Shown: in pieces, positions 45,025 to 54,187 of the stretch
How the letters are laid out: each line of letters starts with the position of its first letter
Numbering within the stretch: the first letter of the stretch is position 1
From: an uncultured Candidatus Saccharibacteria bacterium
GTDB lineage: Bacteria; Patescibacteriota; Saccharimonadia; Saccharimonadales; SZUA-47
NCBI GenBank assembly: GCA_964536485.1
Contig: CAZHXX010000007.1
Span: forward strand, 1,937-65,936
Direction: 5' to 3'
DNA length: 64,000 nt
Program-made: the position numbers and the translations under genes
The notes under the pieces: generated by a model
Seen by the model: only the letters and a program-made list of their open reading frames with translations
Told to the model about the DNA's origin: nothing
Database searches by the model: none

Positions 45025-45893
45025 AAAAACAACCTGTCAGTACTCTTTATATAGTCGGACCAACTGCTTCTGGAAAGACTGCCTTGGCTATGAAGCTTGC
45101 TGAAGAACTGGGAGCTGAAATAGTGTGTGCTGACTCGCAGACGGTGCGTCGAGCAATGGATATCGGCACTGCAAAGCCTACGAAACAAGAGCAGGAACGG
45201 GTGCCACACCACTGCCTGGATATCATTGACCCGTATGACGAATCCTCACTTGATGACTATTTACAGACAGCTCGCGCAATAATCGCCGAAATTCAGAAAC
45301 GCGGAAAATTAGCGATAGTTGTGGGAGGAACAGGGCTGTATGTTGATGGGCTGTATTTTCAGTTTTCACTCCCTGATTTAAGCGCTGATATGCTCGCACA
45401 GAAAGAGGCATTGAACGGATTAAGTGTTGAAGCCCTGCAAGCAAAAATACAATCAAGTAACTTGATGCTTCCGGAGAATGCGAAGAATAAAAGACATTTA
45501 GTAAACACGCTTTTGCGTAGCGGGGCGCGAGGTGACCAAAGTGCCCCAAGCCCTCATTCATTAATTGTGGGGCTCAACCCTGCACGAGAGGTTTTGCTAG
45601 AGAGAATTAATGCTCGGGCTGACAACATGATTAAAGCCGGATTTGTTAACGAAGTACAGAAGCTGTTACGTGACTACGGACAGCCACCCCGTGCTTTTGA
45701 TGCGATTGCATATAGAATTATGATGAGACATGTTGAGGGTGAGATAACTGAAGAAGAAGCGGTTGAACTTATGAAAATTGCAGACCGACAATACGCAAAA
45801 CGCCAACTATCTTGGTTTAAGAGAAACAAAGATATCGTGTGGTTTGAAGACGGTATAACAGCGTACGAACACGTTCGAGCACAGTTTTTATAA
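45021..45893 (+). CDS. miaA: tRNA dimethylallyltransferase
   Basis: P-loop GPTASGKTALA, DSQTVRRAMDIGTAKP, YAKRQLSWF. The ATG at 45021 overlaps the upstream stop (ATGA). Confidence 0.88.
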   Translation: MKKQPVSTLYIVGPTASGKTALAMKLAEELGAEIVCADSQTVRRAMDIGTAKPTKQEQERVPHHCLDIIDPYDESSLDDYLQTARAIIAEIQKRGKLAIVVGGTGLYVDGLYFQFSLPDLSADMLAQKEALNGLSVEALQAKIQSSNLMLPENAKNKRHLVNTLLRSGARGDQSAPSPHSLIVGLNPAREVLLERINARADNMIKAGFVNEVQKLLRDYGQPPRAFDAIAYRIMMRHVEGEITEEEAVELMKIADRQYAKRQLSWFKRNKDIVWFEDGITAYEHVRAQFL

Positions 45894-45926
45894 TGCTCCT
45901 GAACAAGTCTGTTACAATAAGACTAT

Positions 45927-46568
45927 ATGGAACAGCTATTTGGTTCAAAAACGCGCGTTAAGCTTCTAAAACTATTCATGACCAATCCGAATAGATCGTT
46001 TTATGTGCGTGAAATTACTCGCAAAGTTGAAGAGCAGATTAACTCGGTGCGCCGTGAGCTTGCAAACCTTTTGTCTCTTGGCGTGATTACATCTGATAGC
46101 ACGAACAATAAGCTGTACTACGAAGTAGACCAGACATGGGAGCATTATGGTCCTTTGCGGGAATTATTTACCGGTAAACGAAGTGCACCAAAGGCAGGCA
46201 AGGCTAAAGATGCGCCCGCCGAAGATGCTCCAGAAGATGTGGTGGTTATTGAAGATAAAAAACCAAGTGTTGACGCAGATGTCTGGGACAGAGTTGGCAA
46301 CATTGCCGGGCTCGCATATTCTGGAGTGTTTACTCGAGATACGACATCGCCGGTTGATGTGATGATTGTTGGTGATGTGCCTATTTCTCGTGCTGAAGCG
46401 GCAGTTGCTGAGCTTGAAAAGCATGAAGGCAAAGAACTCCGCTATGCGGTCATGGAACTTGATGAGTGGCTCTACCGCAAGCAAGTAAATGATAAATTCT
46501 GGCTACAAGTTACTGGGGCTAAAAACCAGGTGATTATTGACGTCGCTGGCGTCTTTGCCGACAAATAA
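45927..46568 (+). CDS. winged-helix transcriptional regulator-like protein
   Basis: N-terminal KTRVKLLKLFMTNPNRSFYVREITRKV...SVRRELANL wHTH. Confidence 0.5.
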   Translation: MEQLFGSKTRVKLLKLFMTNPNRSFYVREITRKVEEQINSVRRELANLLSLGVITSDSTNNKLYYEVDQTWEHYGPLRELFTGKRSAPKAGKAKDAPAEDAPEDVVVIEDKKPSVDADVWDRVGNIAGLAYSGVFTRDTTSPVDVMIVGDVPISRAEAAVAELEKHEGKELRYAVMELDEWLYRKQVNDKFWLQVTGAKNQVIIDVAGVFADK

Positions 46569-46644
46569 TCTAAGTTTTACTGACTCTGGGCTAGAGATTG
46601 ACCAGGGAGGTACGCTACAATAGTGCTAACGAAAGAGGGAAAGT

Positions 46645-47289
46645 ATGGAATTAGAGTTCTTTGGAGGCAACTGCTTCCGTATTAAAACGAAACAAACAAC
46701 GATTGTTATCGACGATAACTTAGAAGCACTGGGGAAGAAGTCTTTGCTGTCGGATAAAGTGGCATCTTTTTATACCTCGGATGCAGTGAAACGCCCCGCA
46801 AAGAACCCTGCATATCTGGTGATTGATACGGCTGGTGAATTTGAGGTGGGGGATGTGACGGTAAAAGGTGTGCAAGCGCGAGCTCACATTGACGAGGAAG
46901 GACAGAAGAGTGCGACCGTTTTTCAGTTTATGCATAGCGGGCAAACAATTAGCGTACTTGGGCATGTTCACCCTGACCTCGATGCAGATGTGCTTGAGCT
47001 CGTGAGCGGAACTGACGTGCTTGTCGTGCCTGTTGGTGGAAATGGCTATACTCTTGACCCAGTCGGTGCATCATCGATTATTAAGAAGACGGAGCCGTCT
47101 ATCATTGTTCCTTCACAGTATGAGCTTTCACACGCTGGACTCACCTACGAGGTCCCAGCACAACCTTTGAGTGAATTTGCTAAAGTTGCCTCATTGAACA
47201 CTGAAGACGTCCAGGAAAGCCTCAAAATGGCTAAAGCGGGCGATGAAGTGACTACTCAGAGCAGAGTGGTCGTTTTGAACGTAAAGTAG
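46645..47289 (+). CDS. MBL-fold metallo-hydrolase-like protein
   Basis: Overall beta-lactamase-fold pattern (FFGGNCFRIKT...VIDD...GHVHPD). Motif-level evidence only. Confidence 0.45.
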   Translation: MELEFFGGNCFRIKTKQTTIVIDDNLEALGKKSLLSDKVASFYTSDAVKRPAKNPAYLVIDTAGEFEVGDVTVKGVQARAHIDEEGQKSATVFQFMHSGQTISVLGHVHPDLDADVLELVSGTDVLVVPVGGNGYTLDPVGASSIIKKTEPSIIVPSQYELSHAGLTYEVPAQPLSEFAKVASLNTEDVQESLKMAKAGDEVTTQSRVVVLNVK

Positions 47290-47354
47290 ATGATTTGATT
47301 ATCGTTGGTTGCTGTTTGATGTTCGAGAATTGAACATTGGGCTACCGGCAATAT

Positions 47355-47392
47355 AAAAAACACCTAGTACATCACTGCAACAGGTGTTTTTT
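47355..47392. terminator. bidirectional intrinsic terminator between 46645-47289 and rpmB
   Basis: AAAAAACACCT (47355-47365) pairs with AGGTGTTTTTT (47382-47392). Confidence 0.6.
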
Positions 47393-47403
47393 ATAGAGGA
47401 GTG

Positions 47404-47598
47404 TTATTTACTAACGATACCTTTTCGTTTGAGGGTACGGAGAGCACTCGTGCTAATCTTGACACGAACTTTCTTGCCATCAATAACAAGGGTCTTTTTT
47501 TGGAGATTTGGCTCCCAAACCTTGTTGGTGTGGCGTTGTGAAAAGCTGACATTACTGCCGAACTGCTTGCCTTTACCGGTGATTTCACATTTTTTCAT
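47404..47598 (-). CDS. rpmB: 50S ribosomal protein L28
   Basis: MKKCEITGKGKQFGSNVSFSQRHTNKVWEPNLQKK..., 64 aa. Confidence 0.9.
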   Translation of the reverse strand: MKKCEITGKGKQFGSNVSFSQRHTNKVWEPNLQKKTLVIDGKKVRVKISTSALRTLKRKGIVSK

Positions 47599-47693
47599 AA
47601 TTTATACTCTTATATTCAAGGTCTAATACTACTATTTTTTTCCTCTTTGGTCAAGGTGTTTTAGGGGGTAGCGGTTTGGTATACTAGATAAAG

Positions 47694-48320
47694 ATGAACG
47701 ATATTTATCCAGTAAGTGAAATTCTTATATTTTTAGGGGTATTGTTTGCGTCGGTTTCGTTCCATGAGATGATGCACGCTTTGGTTGCATACAAGCTTGG
47801 CGATGATTTGGCTCATTCGCATGGGCGGATAAGTCTTAACCCACTTCGGCACATCGACCCATTGCTTACTATTGCCCTCCCGGCACTCATGATTTTGCTT
47901 GGGCAAAGTCCTATTTTGGCAGCAAAACCAGTGCCTATAAATACGAATCGTATCAGTGGTGAGGAGCTTGGATTAGCGGCTGTTGGACTTGCAGGGCCTG
48001 CGTCTAATCTGCTTCTTGCTGGGATAGGCGCGGTCATACTCAATTCTCTTCCAGGCGGAAGCGTATTTCTTAATGATGTATTAACGCTTTTTGTGCATGT
48101 TAACGTGGGGCTGTTTGTCTTTAATATGCTTCCTATTCCACCACTAGACGGCTCTCGGCTTCTTTATGCGGTTGCTCCGACACCCTTGCAAGAACTCATG
48201 GAGCAAATTGAGCGTATGGGAATTATGGTAGTTTTGCTGTTTTTGTTCTTCCTTCTCCCATTATTGAGCCCAGTTTTGCAGACGGTGAATGAGTTTTTCT
48301 TGTCTATTTTGATACGCTAG
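47694..48320 (+). CDS. site-2 protease family (M50) zinc metallopeptidase
   Basis: HEMMHAL HExxH motif in a TM helix, NMLPIPPLDG, multi-TM. Confidence 0.8.
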   Translation: MNDIYPVSEILIFLGVLFASVSFHEMMHALVAYKLGDDLAHSHGRISLNPLRHIDPLLTIALPALMILLGQSPILAAKPVPINTNRISGEELGLAAVGLAGPASNLLLAGIGAVILNSLPGGSVFLNDVLTLFVHVNVGLFVFNMLPIPPLDGSRLLYAVAPTPLQELMEQIERMGIMVVLLFLFFLLPLLSPVLQTVNEFFLSILIR

Positions 48321-48366
48321 CATAAAGCGCGTACAATACGGAGAGTACCTAACAAAGATACAAAAA

Positions 48367-49191
48367 ATGAAACAATTAAAATTTGACCACAATTTTGCCG
48401 AGGCTATCGTTCGTGGCGAACGACAGACGACGCTACGAATCGATGACAAGGATATTCGGGTTGGTGAGCTTGTGCAACTTGTCGATAAAGTCTCGAGTAA
48501 CAAGCCTCAGGAGTGGGAAATACCAGGGGAGCTATCGGTAGTAGGGGTACAGGCATTTATGCTTGGCTCGCTCCCTTTAGAGCTACTCAGAGATGCTGAA
48601 ATAGGAGAAGTGAGTAAGGAAGCTTTGTACGCGTTTTTGCGAAGATTTTATGGTGAATCGATCAATGATATGACGGTAGTAAAGTTGATTCAGTTTCATT
48701 TTGTGCCTTATGCACAAAAGGTACTGTACATGCTAAAGCAGGGCAATGAGTCGATGCGTGAGCACCTTCCTGAAAGAGTATTTTTGTACGCTGACGGTGG
48801 CTCTCGTGGCAATCCGGGGCCGTCTGCTGCGGGTTTTGTCATAGAAGATGAACACACAAACGTATTGGAATCTTGGAATAAGTATTTGGGAATTACGACC
48901 AATAACCAGGCGGAGTATCATGGTCTGATTGCGGCGCTTGAATGGTGCAAACAGCATCAGATACAAGACGTGGAAGTACGGCTAGACAGTCTGCTGGTGG
49001 TGAACCAAATGCGGGGCAAGTTTAAGGTGAAAAACAGAGATTTGTGGACGCTCTATGAAACTGCCAAAGGGTTGCAGAAGGATTTTCGGAAGATAACTTT
49101 TTCGCATGTCCCGAGGGAGCTAAACCGGCGTGCCGACCTTGAGGTGAATAAGGCGCTTGATTCGATGAGTGGGAAAGATATTGTTCAGTAG
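48367..49191 (+). CDS. rnhA: ASCH domain - RNase HI fusion protein
   Basis: The N-terminal ~110 aa are ASCH-like (KFDHNFAEAIVRGERQTTLR). C-terminal part is RNase H: YADGGSRGNPGPSAAGF, TNNQAEYHGLIAALEW, NRRADLEVNKAL. Confidence 0.75.
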   Translation: MKQLKFDHNFAEAIVRGERQTTLRIDDKDIRVGELVQLVDKVSSNKPQEWEIPGELSVVGVQAFMLGSLPLELLRDAEIGEVSKEALYAFLRRFYGESINDMTVVKLIQFHFVPYAQKVLYMLKQGNESMREHLPERVFLYADGGSRGNPGPSAAGFVIEDEHTNVLESWNKYLGITTNNQAEYHGLIAALEWCKQHQIQDVEVRLDSLLVVNQMRGKFKVKNRDLWTLYETAKGLQKDFRKITFSHVPRELNRRADLEVNKALDSMSGKDIVQ

Positions 49192-49236
49192 GCTCTCTAG
49201 TAACTCGGGGCAACACCAGGTATACTAGAACATGCT

Positions 49237-49616
49237 AGAGGAGCAGTGATAATCGCCGTTGTCTTTGCAAAAAGGCAAGGGAGGAAAGTCCGGGCAGTAT
49301 CAAAGACTGACAGTTGTTAACGGCAACCAAAGGTGACTTTAGGGAAAGTGCCACAGAAACGAAACATCTACTTAGTAATAAGTAGAAAAAGGTGAAACGA
49401 GTGGGGTAAGAGCCCACAGTCTTGTGAGGTGACTCATGAGAGAGGTAAACCCTGTCTACTGCAAGGAGCGCTGGCCACGCTGGGTAAACCAGCACGTATC
49501 TTTGCGAGGTCATGCGCGCTACGAAAACCGCTTGATTCCATGAGCAATTATGGAACTAGATAGATGATTATCACCCATCTTTTGATGGGGACAGAACCCG
49601 GCTTATTCGCTCGTCT
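49237..49616 (+). ncRNA. rnpB: RNase P RNA (bacterial type A)
   Basis: GGAGGAAAGTCCGGGC (CR-I), AGGGAAAGTGCCACAGAAA, GTAAGAGCCCAC, ACAGAACCCGGCTTA (CR-V). P1 pairs AGAGGAGC with GCTCGTCT. Confidence 0.9.
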
Positions 49617-49622
49617 GGCACT

Positions 49623-49653
49623 AAAAAATCCCCTTGAAATGAGGGGATTTTTT
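49623..49653. terminator. bidirectional terminator between rnpB and rplT
   Basis: ATCCCCT (49628-49634) pairs with AGGGGAT (49642-49648), flanked by an A-run and a T-run. Confidence 0.65.
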
Positions 49654-49676
49654 ACTTGAAGAGATGGTAGGCTTGT

Positions 49677-50021
49677 TTACTTGATAGCTGATTTAACGAT
49701 TGCGCTGAATGCTTTTTTGTCGTTAACAGCTAGTTCGCTGAGCATCTTGCGGTCTACAAGGATGCCTTGCTCCTTCATGCCATGCATAAGACGGCTGTAG
49801 GTAGTGCCGTTTTCGCGGGCTGCTGCGTTGATGCGAGTGTTCCACAGCTGGCGGAAAGTTCGCTTTTTCTCGCGACGGTCGCGATGTGCGTTTTCTAATG
49901 CTTTTACGATCGCTTGCTTACCACGGCGCACACTTGAACGGTGTGCGAGGGTCATGCCCTTGGTACCACGGCGGATCTTGTTGTGCCGTGCGCGTGCTGT
50001 TACGCCTCTTTTAACTCTCAT
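49677..50021 (-). CDS. rplT: 50S ribosomal protein L20
   Basis: MRVKRGVTARARHNKI...RDRREKKRTFRQLWNTRINAAARE. Confidence 0.92.
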   Translation of the reverse strand: MRVKRGVTARARHNKIRRGTKGMTLAHRSSVRRGKQAIVKALENAHRDRREKKRTFRQLWNTRINAAARENGTTYSRLMHGMKEQGILVDRKMLSELAVNDKKAFSAIVKSAIK

Positions 50022-50032
50022 GATTTACTCCT

Positions 50033-50227
50033 TTAGGCACCTAAATTAAGTTTAATGTTTTTGCTTTGCTTGCCGGTTAGTTCTTGTACACCTGCAAATG
50101 TTCGTTTGCGACTTTTGCTCTTCTTCTGAAGCAAGTGATTTCCTGTTGCTTTGCGACGAAGTACTTTACCGTTTTTGTTGATACGGATTCGGTCTTTGGT
50201 TCCGCTATGGGTCTTGAGCTTTGGCAT
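50033..50227 (-). CDS. rpmI: 50S ribosomal protein L35
   Basis: MPKLKTHSGTKDRIRINKNGKVLRRKATGNHLL. Confidence 0.9.
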   Translation of the reverse strand: MPKLKTHSGTKDRIRINKNGKVLRRKATGNHLLQKKSKSRKRTFAGVQELTGKQSKNIKLNLGA

Positions 50228-50236
50228 GTGGTCCTC

Positions 50237-50824
50237 CTACATCTCTTTCGTTGTTGTTTCGTCAGTTGTGTCGCTCTGCGGGCTGGAAACTTCTTTTGAT
50301 GAAGTTGCTTTAGCCGATGCTGATCTTCTTATGACGAAGGTTAATTGTTTTCCTAAAAAGGTAGCTTTTTGATCGACAGTGATTGTTTCGCCGAATGAGT
50401 CGATGATTCGTTGGGCGAGAGCGAAGCCAACATCTCGGTGTGCCAACTCTCTTCCTCTGAAACGCAAGGTATACTTCACCTTGTGGCCTTCATCGAGGAA
50501 TTCTCTGACTTTCTTGGCTTTCACCTCGAGGTCATGAGCACCGATTTTAAGCCCGACTCGCATTTCTTTTACTTCAAGGTTCTTCGCATTCTTCTTGTTT
50601 TTCTGAAGTTGCTTTGTGCGCTGGTAGTTATACTTACCCCAGTCCACGATCTTGGCGACAGGTGGGTCAGCGTTTGGTGATATCTCGACTAAATCTAGTC
50701 CTGCTTGCTCTGCTGCTTGCAAGGCTTCTGACTTGGTCATGACACCGAGCTGATTACCCTCTTCGTCAATTACCCGAAGTTGTGACGCCCGAATCTGATG
50801 GTTCAGGCGAGTAACACTGTTAAT
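50237..50824 (-). CDS. infC: translation initiation factor IF-3 (ATT start)
   Basis: The conserved N-terminus INSVTRLNHQIRASQLRVIDEEGNQLGV lies upstream of the first ATG (50740). An in-frame ATT at 50824-50822 is preceded by GGAG. There are no stops in between. Confidence 0.85.
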   Translation of the reverse strand: MNSVTRLNHQIRASQLRVIDEEGNQLGVMTKSEALQAAEQAGLDLVEISPNADPPVAKIVDWGKYNYQRTKQLQKNKKNAKNLEVKEMRVGLKIGAHDLEVKAKKVREFLDEGHKVKYTLRFRGRELAHRDVGFALAQRIIDSFGETITVDQKATFLGKQLTFVIRRSASAKATSSKEVSSPQSDTTDETTTKEM

Positions 50825-50885
50825 GGAACTGCTCCTTATGGTTTCTTATTGTTTCGTACAATTTTAACAGTTTATGTTGAGGATT

Positions 50886-52409
50886 TCAAGAGGTAGTAAG
50901 GGGCCGGTAGCGGAGCGCTTCGCTTATGTGGCGTATCTCAATTGTGTTGGAGTCATCGAGGTCAGCAATAGTGCGCGCTACTTTTACCGTTTTCATATAC
51001 ACGCGGGCCGATAAATCAAGTTTTGTAGCGGCGGTATCTAAGAGTTCTTTGGCTTCAGGAGAGAGATGCGCATGCAACTTAACTTCTTTGTTTGTCATAC
51101 TTCCGTTGCGCATCTGGGCATTTTTGAAGCGTTCTGAGCCTCGAGCTATGGCCTTTTTTACCCGCTTAGTAATGGCATCGCTTAGTTCTGTTGATGGAGC
51201 TGTTTTGTTGAGAAGGGAGGTGTGGTCAATGCTGTCAACAGTGACATGAATATCGATACGGTCGAGCAGGGGGCCTGAGAGCTTTTTTTGGTATCTTTCT
51301 ATCTCGAGTGGGGTGCAAACGCAAGGTTTGGTACTCCCCCAATAGCCACACGGACAGGGGTTTTTGGTGGCAATAAGCAAGAAGTCGGCTGGGTAGGTGA
51401 CGCGCTCTTGAGCCCTTGAGACGGTGACCTGCTTGTCTTCAAGAGGTTGGCGTAGACTTTCAAGTGTTGAGCGCTTGAATTCTGGAAGCTCGTCGAGAAA
51501 AAGGATACCTTTGTGGCTAAGGCTGACTTCGCCAGGCTTTGGTCGTTGGCCTCCACCAATGAGGGCGATGTCACTAGTGCTGTGATGGGGGGAGCGAAAT
51601 GGACGGTCGGTAACAAGTGTATTTGCATGGGTAGCAACCAGACTGTGGAGATGGGTTACTTCTATGACCTCTTGTCTGGTTAGCGCCGGCATGATACTGA
51701 TAAGGGCTTTTGCGAGCATGCTCTTACCGACACCAGGAGGACCGCTCAGCAGGACGTTATGCTGGCCTGCTGCGGCGATTTCAAGTGCTCGTTTGGCGCT
51801 TTCTTGCCCGACAATTTCTGAAAAGTCCACTGTAGTTTTGCGCAAGTCTTCTTCTTTTCGGATTTTTGTCTCAGACTGATCGCTGCTACGCACAAACGCA
51901 AGCTCATTTGTGCAGAGGCTCGAGTAGAGCTGTTTTAAGGTACGAATAGGTGCTAACTCGAGATCTGGAATAAGGAGTGCTTGGTCTAGGTTATCTTGCG
52001 GGATAATGTAGCGCGTGTAGCCAAGGCTACGGCCAGCGAGAAGTTTGCCGAGAATCCCGCGAATAGGCTTTACTGTTCCGTCTAAGCCCAGCTCTCCTAG
52101 CACAATGCAATCGTCGGGCACTGTCTTTAGTTGCTCAGAAGATAGGAGGACAGATAGGGCGATTGCTATATCGAAATGTGACCCATTCTTAGGAATGTCA
52201 GAGGGTGAGATATTAGTAGTTATCTTTTTGCGGGGGATAGTGAGGGAGGCTGCAGAAAATGCACTTCTGAGTCTTTCCCGGGATTCGTCAAGACTCTTGC
52301 CTACGACACCAATAATTTGCATAGTGGGAAGGCCGTTTGAAAGGCTTGTTTGAATCTCTGCGACTATCCCACCACTCGCATCGTCTTGTAACGACAACAC
52401 AGTTTTCAT
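50886..52409 (-). CDS. comM: Mg-chelatase-like ATPase YifB/ComM
   Basis: Lon-like N-terminal domain, AAA+ Walker A GPPGVGKSM, Walker B FLDELPEF, C-terminal Mg_chelatase_C region. ATG at 52409 (MKTVLSL) preferred. Confidence 0.85.
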   Translation of the reverse strand: MKTVLSLQDDASGGIVAEIQTSLSNGLPTMQIIGVVGKSLDESRERLRSAFSAASLTIPRKKITTNISPSDIPKNGSHFDIAIALSVLLSSEQLKTVPDDCIVLGELGLDGTVKPIRGILGKLLAGRSLGYTRYIIPQDNLDQALLIPDLELAPIRTLKQLYSSLCTNELAFVRSSDQSETKIRKEEDLRKTTVDFSEIVGQESAKRALEIAAAGQHNVLLSGPPGVGKSMLAKALISIMPALTRQEVIEVTHLHSLVATHANTLVTDRPFRSPHHSTSDIALIGGGQRPKPGEVSLSHKGILFLDELPEFKRSTLESLRQPLEDKQVTVSRAQERVTYPADFLLIATKNPCPCGYWGSTKPCVCTPLEIERYQKKLSGPLLDRIDIHVTVDSIDHTSLLNKTAPSTELSDAITKRVKKAIARGSERFKNAQMRNGSMTNKEVKLHAHLSPEAKELLDTAATKLDLSARVYMKTVKVARTIADLDDSNTIEIRHISEALRYRPLTTS

Positions 52410-53118
52410 ACAAGGTACTGTATGGCTCGTTGTTGGAAAAAGCAACAATAAAAAACGGGAATAAATGTACCGGGCCTAAAAAAGAACAACGACCTGCGAG
52501 AAGTCGTTGTTACAGAGACATTTTTGTTTTTGAGCACTTTTTTTATTCAAGTGCTAGACATATGGTATCGATATGAAATGCTTATGTCAACAACATTTTT
52601 GCATCAAGTTATAGGACCTTATTTTTGCAGGAAAATTCTTTTGTGCATGGGCCTATCAGTAACTTACTAAAGCATAAAAAATACAAAGTTTTCGGGTAGC
52701 AAATAATGACAAGAAGGTGAGGCAGTTTGAATAATGGAGCTTAAGAAAGCCTATGTGGTAATCCCGTATGAGGTATGAGGTAGTCTTTTGATGCGATGCG
52801 GAATGTGCGCAGTAATTTGCCCGAAAAAGGTGGCAGGAACACAGAATGGGACTATTAAGTAAGGTAGAATTTTAGAAAATTTTTACCGATTTTTTGGCGT
52901 AGTAATGGGAAGTTGGGCCAACAGTTGTTAGGCCAGATTAGTTCTGACCGAAGGAAAAATTTAAGTAGGTGTCATATAAAATTGTCCAAAATAATATCTA
53001 TTTTTGTAAAAAATATTGTTGTAAAAAATAAGCTGTATATTTTTTATATAATTATATAAAATCCATAGTTTAAAGTGTTTTTATAATTTTAACAACAATA
53101 TAATTACGATTTATTGTA

Positions 53119-53147
53119 TTGACTTTTAAAATCATTCGTGCTAGTAT
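53119..53147 (+). promoter_or_regulatory. candidate sigma70 promoter inside the long intergenic gap
   Basis: TTGACT (53119-53124), 17-nt spacer, TAGTAT (53142-53147). Confidence 0.35.
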
Positions 53148-53328
53148 TAGATCATGTTCAGCAAAAAGAAAAACCCTGAATAAAACAAAAATATCGCCCT
53201 AAGAAGCCTAAAGCTTTTTAGAGCGGTCAGTCAAAGCCTGTGGACGATAAGCGCCTTATAAGTCATAATATTTTGGGTGGATTTATCGTCCAGGCTCCTC
53301 TTAAATAAATGTTCTGTTTTAGTTCAAG

Positions 53329-53363
53329 AATCGCACTTGGAGAGGTGCGATTTTTGCTTTTTT
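53329..53363 (+). terminator. intrinsic terminator
   Basis: AATCGCAC (53329-53336) pairs with GTGCGATT (53345-53352), followed by TTTGCTTTTTT. Confidence 0.55.
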
Positions 53364-53418
53364 AAGTACTTTCTTCCTTGGGTGAAGAACATTATAATAG
53401 GGATAAGGAAATATTACA

Positions 53419-53781
53419 GTGGCAGTACACCTACATTCAGTCGTGCGCGGGGTAGGGAGATTCATTCTCCTTCTGTTGCTAGTTGGGTTGCTTTTACTGT
53501 TTATGATGAAAACAAACCCCGAGCAAGCTAGCCTTACTATTACATTGATACCTCTTATCTTGGTATGGGGAATAACTTTTATCGCAACGACTCACCTTGA
53601 ATACGTTTTTAGGAAGGTTCGATATGGTTATATCACTATGCTCTCAGCTGTCTTTGCTACGGTGATAACCCTTCTTCTTATGTTTTCTGCTCTTGGGACA
53701 GTGGGACTGTTTGATGTGGCGTTGCTTGTTTGTCTGGCGCTACTCGGGGTTTTCTACTTTAGAAGATCATGGCCAAAATAA
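53419..53781 (+). CDS. hypothetical membrane protein
   Basis: GTG-start ORF with 4 TM helices. Start uncertain. Confidence 0.45.
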   Translation: MAVHLHSVVRGVGRFILLLLLVGLLLLFMMKTNPEQASLTITLIPLILVWGITFIATTHLEYVFRKVRYGYITMLSAVFATVITLLLMFSALGTVGLFDVALLVCLALLGVFYFRRSWPK

Positions 53782-53809
53782 AGAGTTATTGCTATAATGT
53801 GAAGTACCT

Positions 53810-54184
53810 ATGGACAACGATACAACTCAGGATTTTAGCTTGCCGCCAGTGCAACCAACAGCAGGGGTGGTAGATGACAGCGTGCTACCTATGCATCAAA
53901 CCCAAACGAGTCCAGCTGTTCAGCCTCTTGCACCTACTTCAGTAAGCGCTCCTACAGCTCAGCCTCAAATGAGCGCTCGACCAAGCATGCAACAAGCTAT
54001 TGCCGCATCTCTCCCTTTGTCTGCAGAAGATAAAGACTTGATAGAGAGAATTTGGGTAGATAAAGCTAAGATGATCGTGCGCCAAACTTATGGTGATCCT
54101 TTTGTACAGAGCAAGGCGCTTGGCCAGGTTAAGGCTGATTATATTCGCAAGCGTTACGGTAAAGAAATCAAAGTGAGCGAGTAG
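53810..54184 (+). CDS. hypothetical protein (P/Q-rich N-terminus)
   Basis: 124-aa ORF immediately upstream of the ATPase gene. Confidence 0.5.
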   Translation: MDNDTTQDFSLPPVQPTAGVVDDSVLPMHQTQTSPAVQPLAPTSVSAPTAQPQMSARPSMQQAIAASLPLSAEDKDLIERIWVDKAKMIVRQTYGDPFVQSKALGQVKADYIRKRYGKEIKVSE

Positions 54185-54187
54185 GCT

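Noticed and set aside
52450-53418. The AT-rich gap as the chromosomal replication origin
   Set aside because: It is AT-rich and only 7 kb from gyrB, but I found no consensus or single-mismatch DnaA boxes in it, and dnaA/dnaN are not in the window. It is left as an open question rather than a call.
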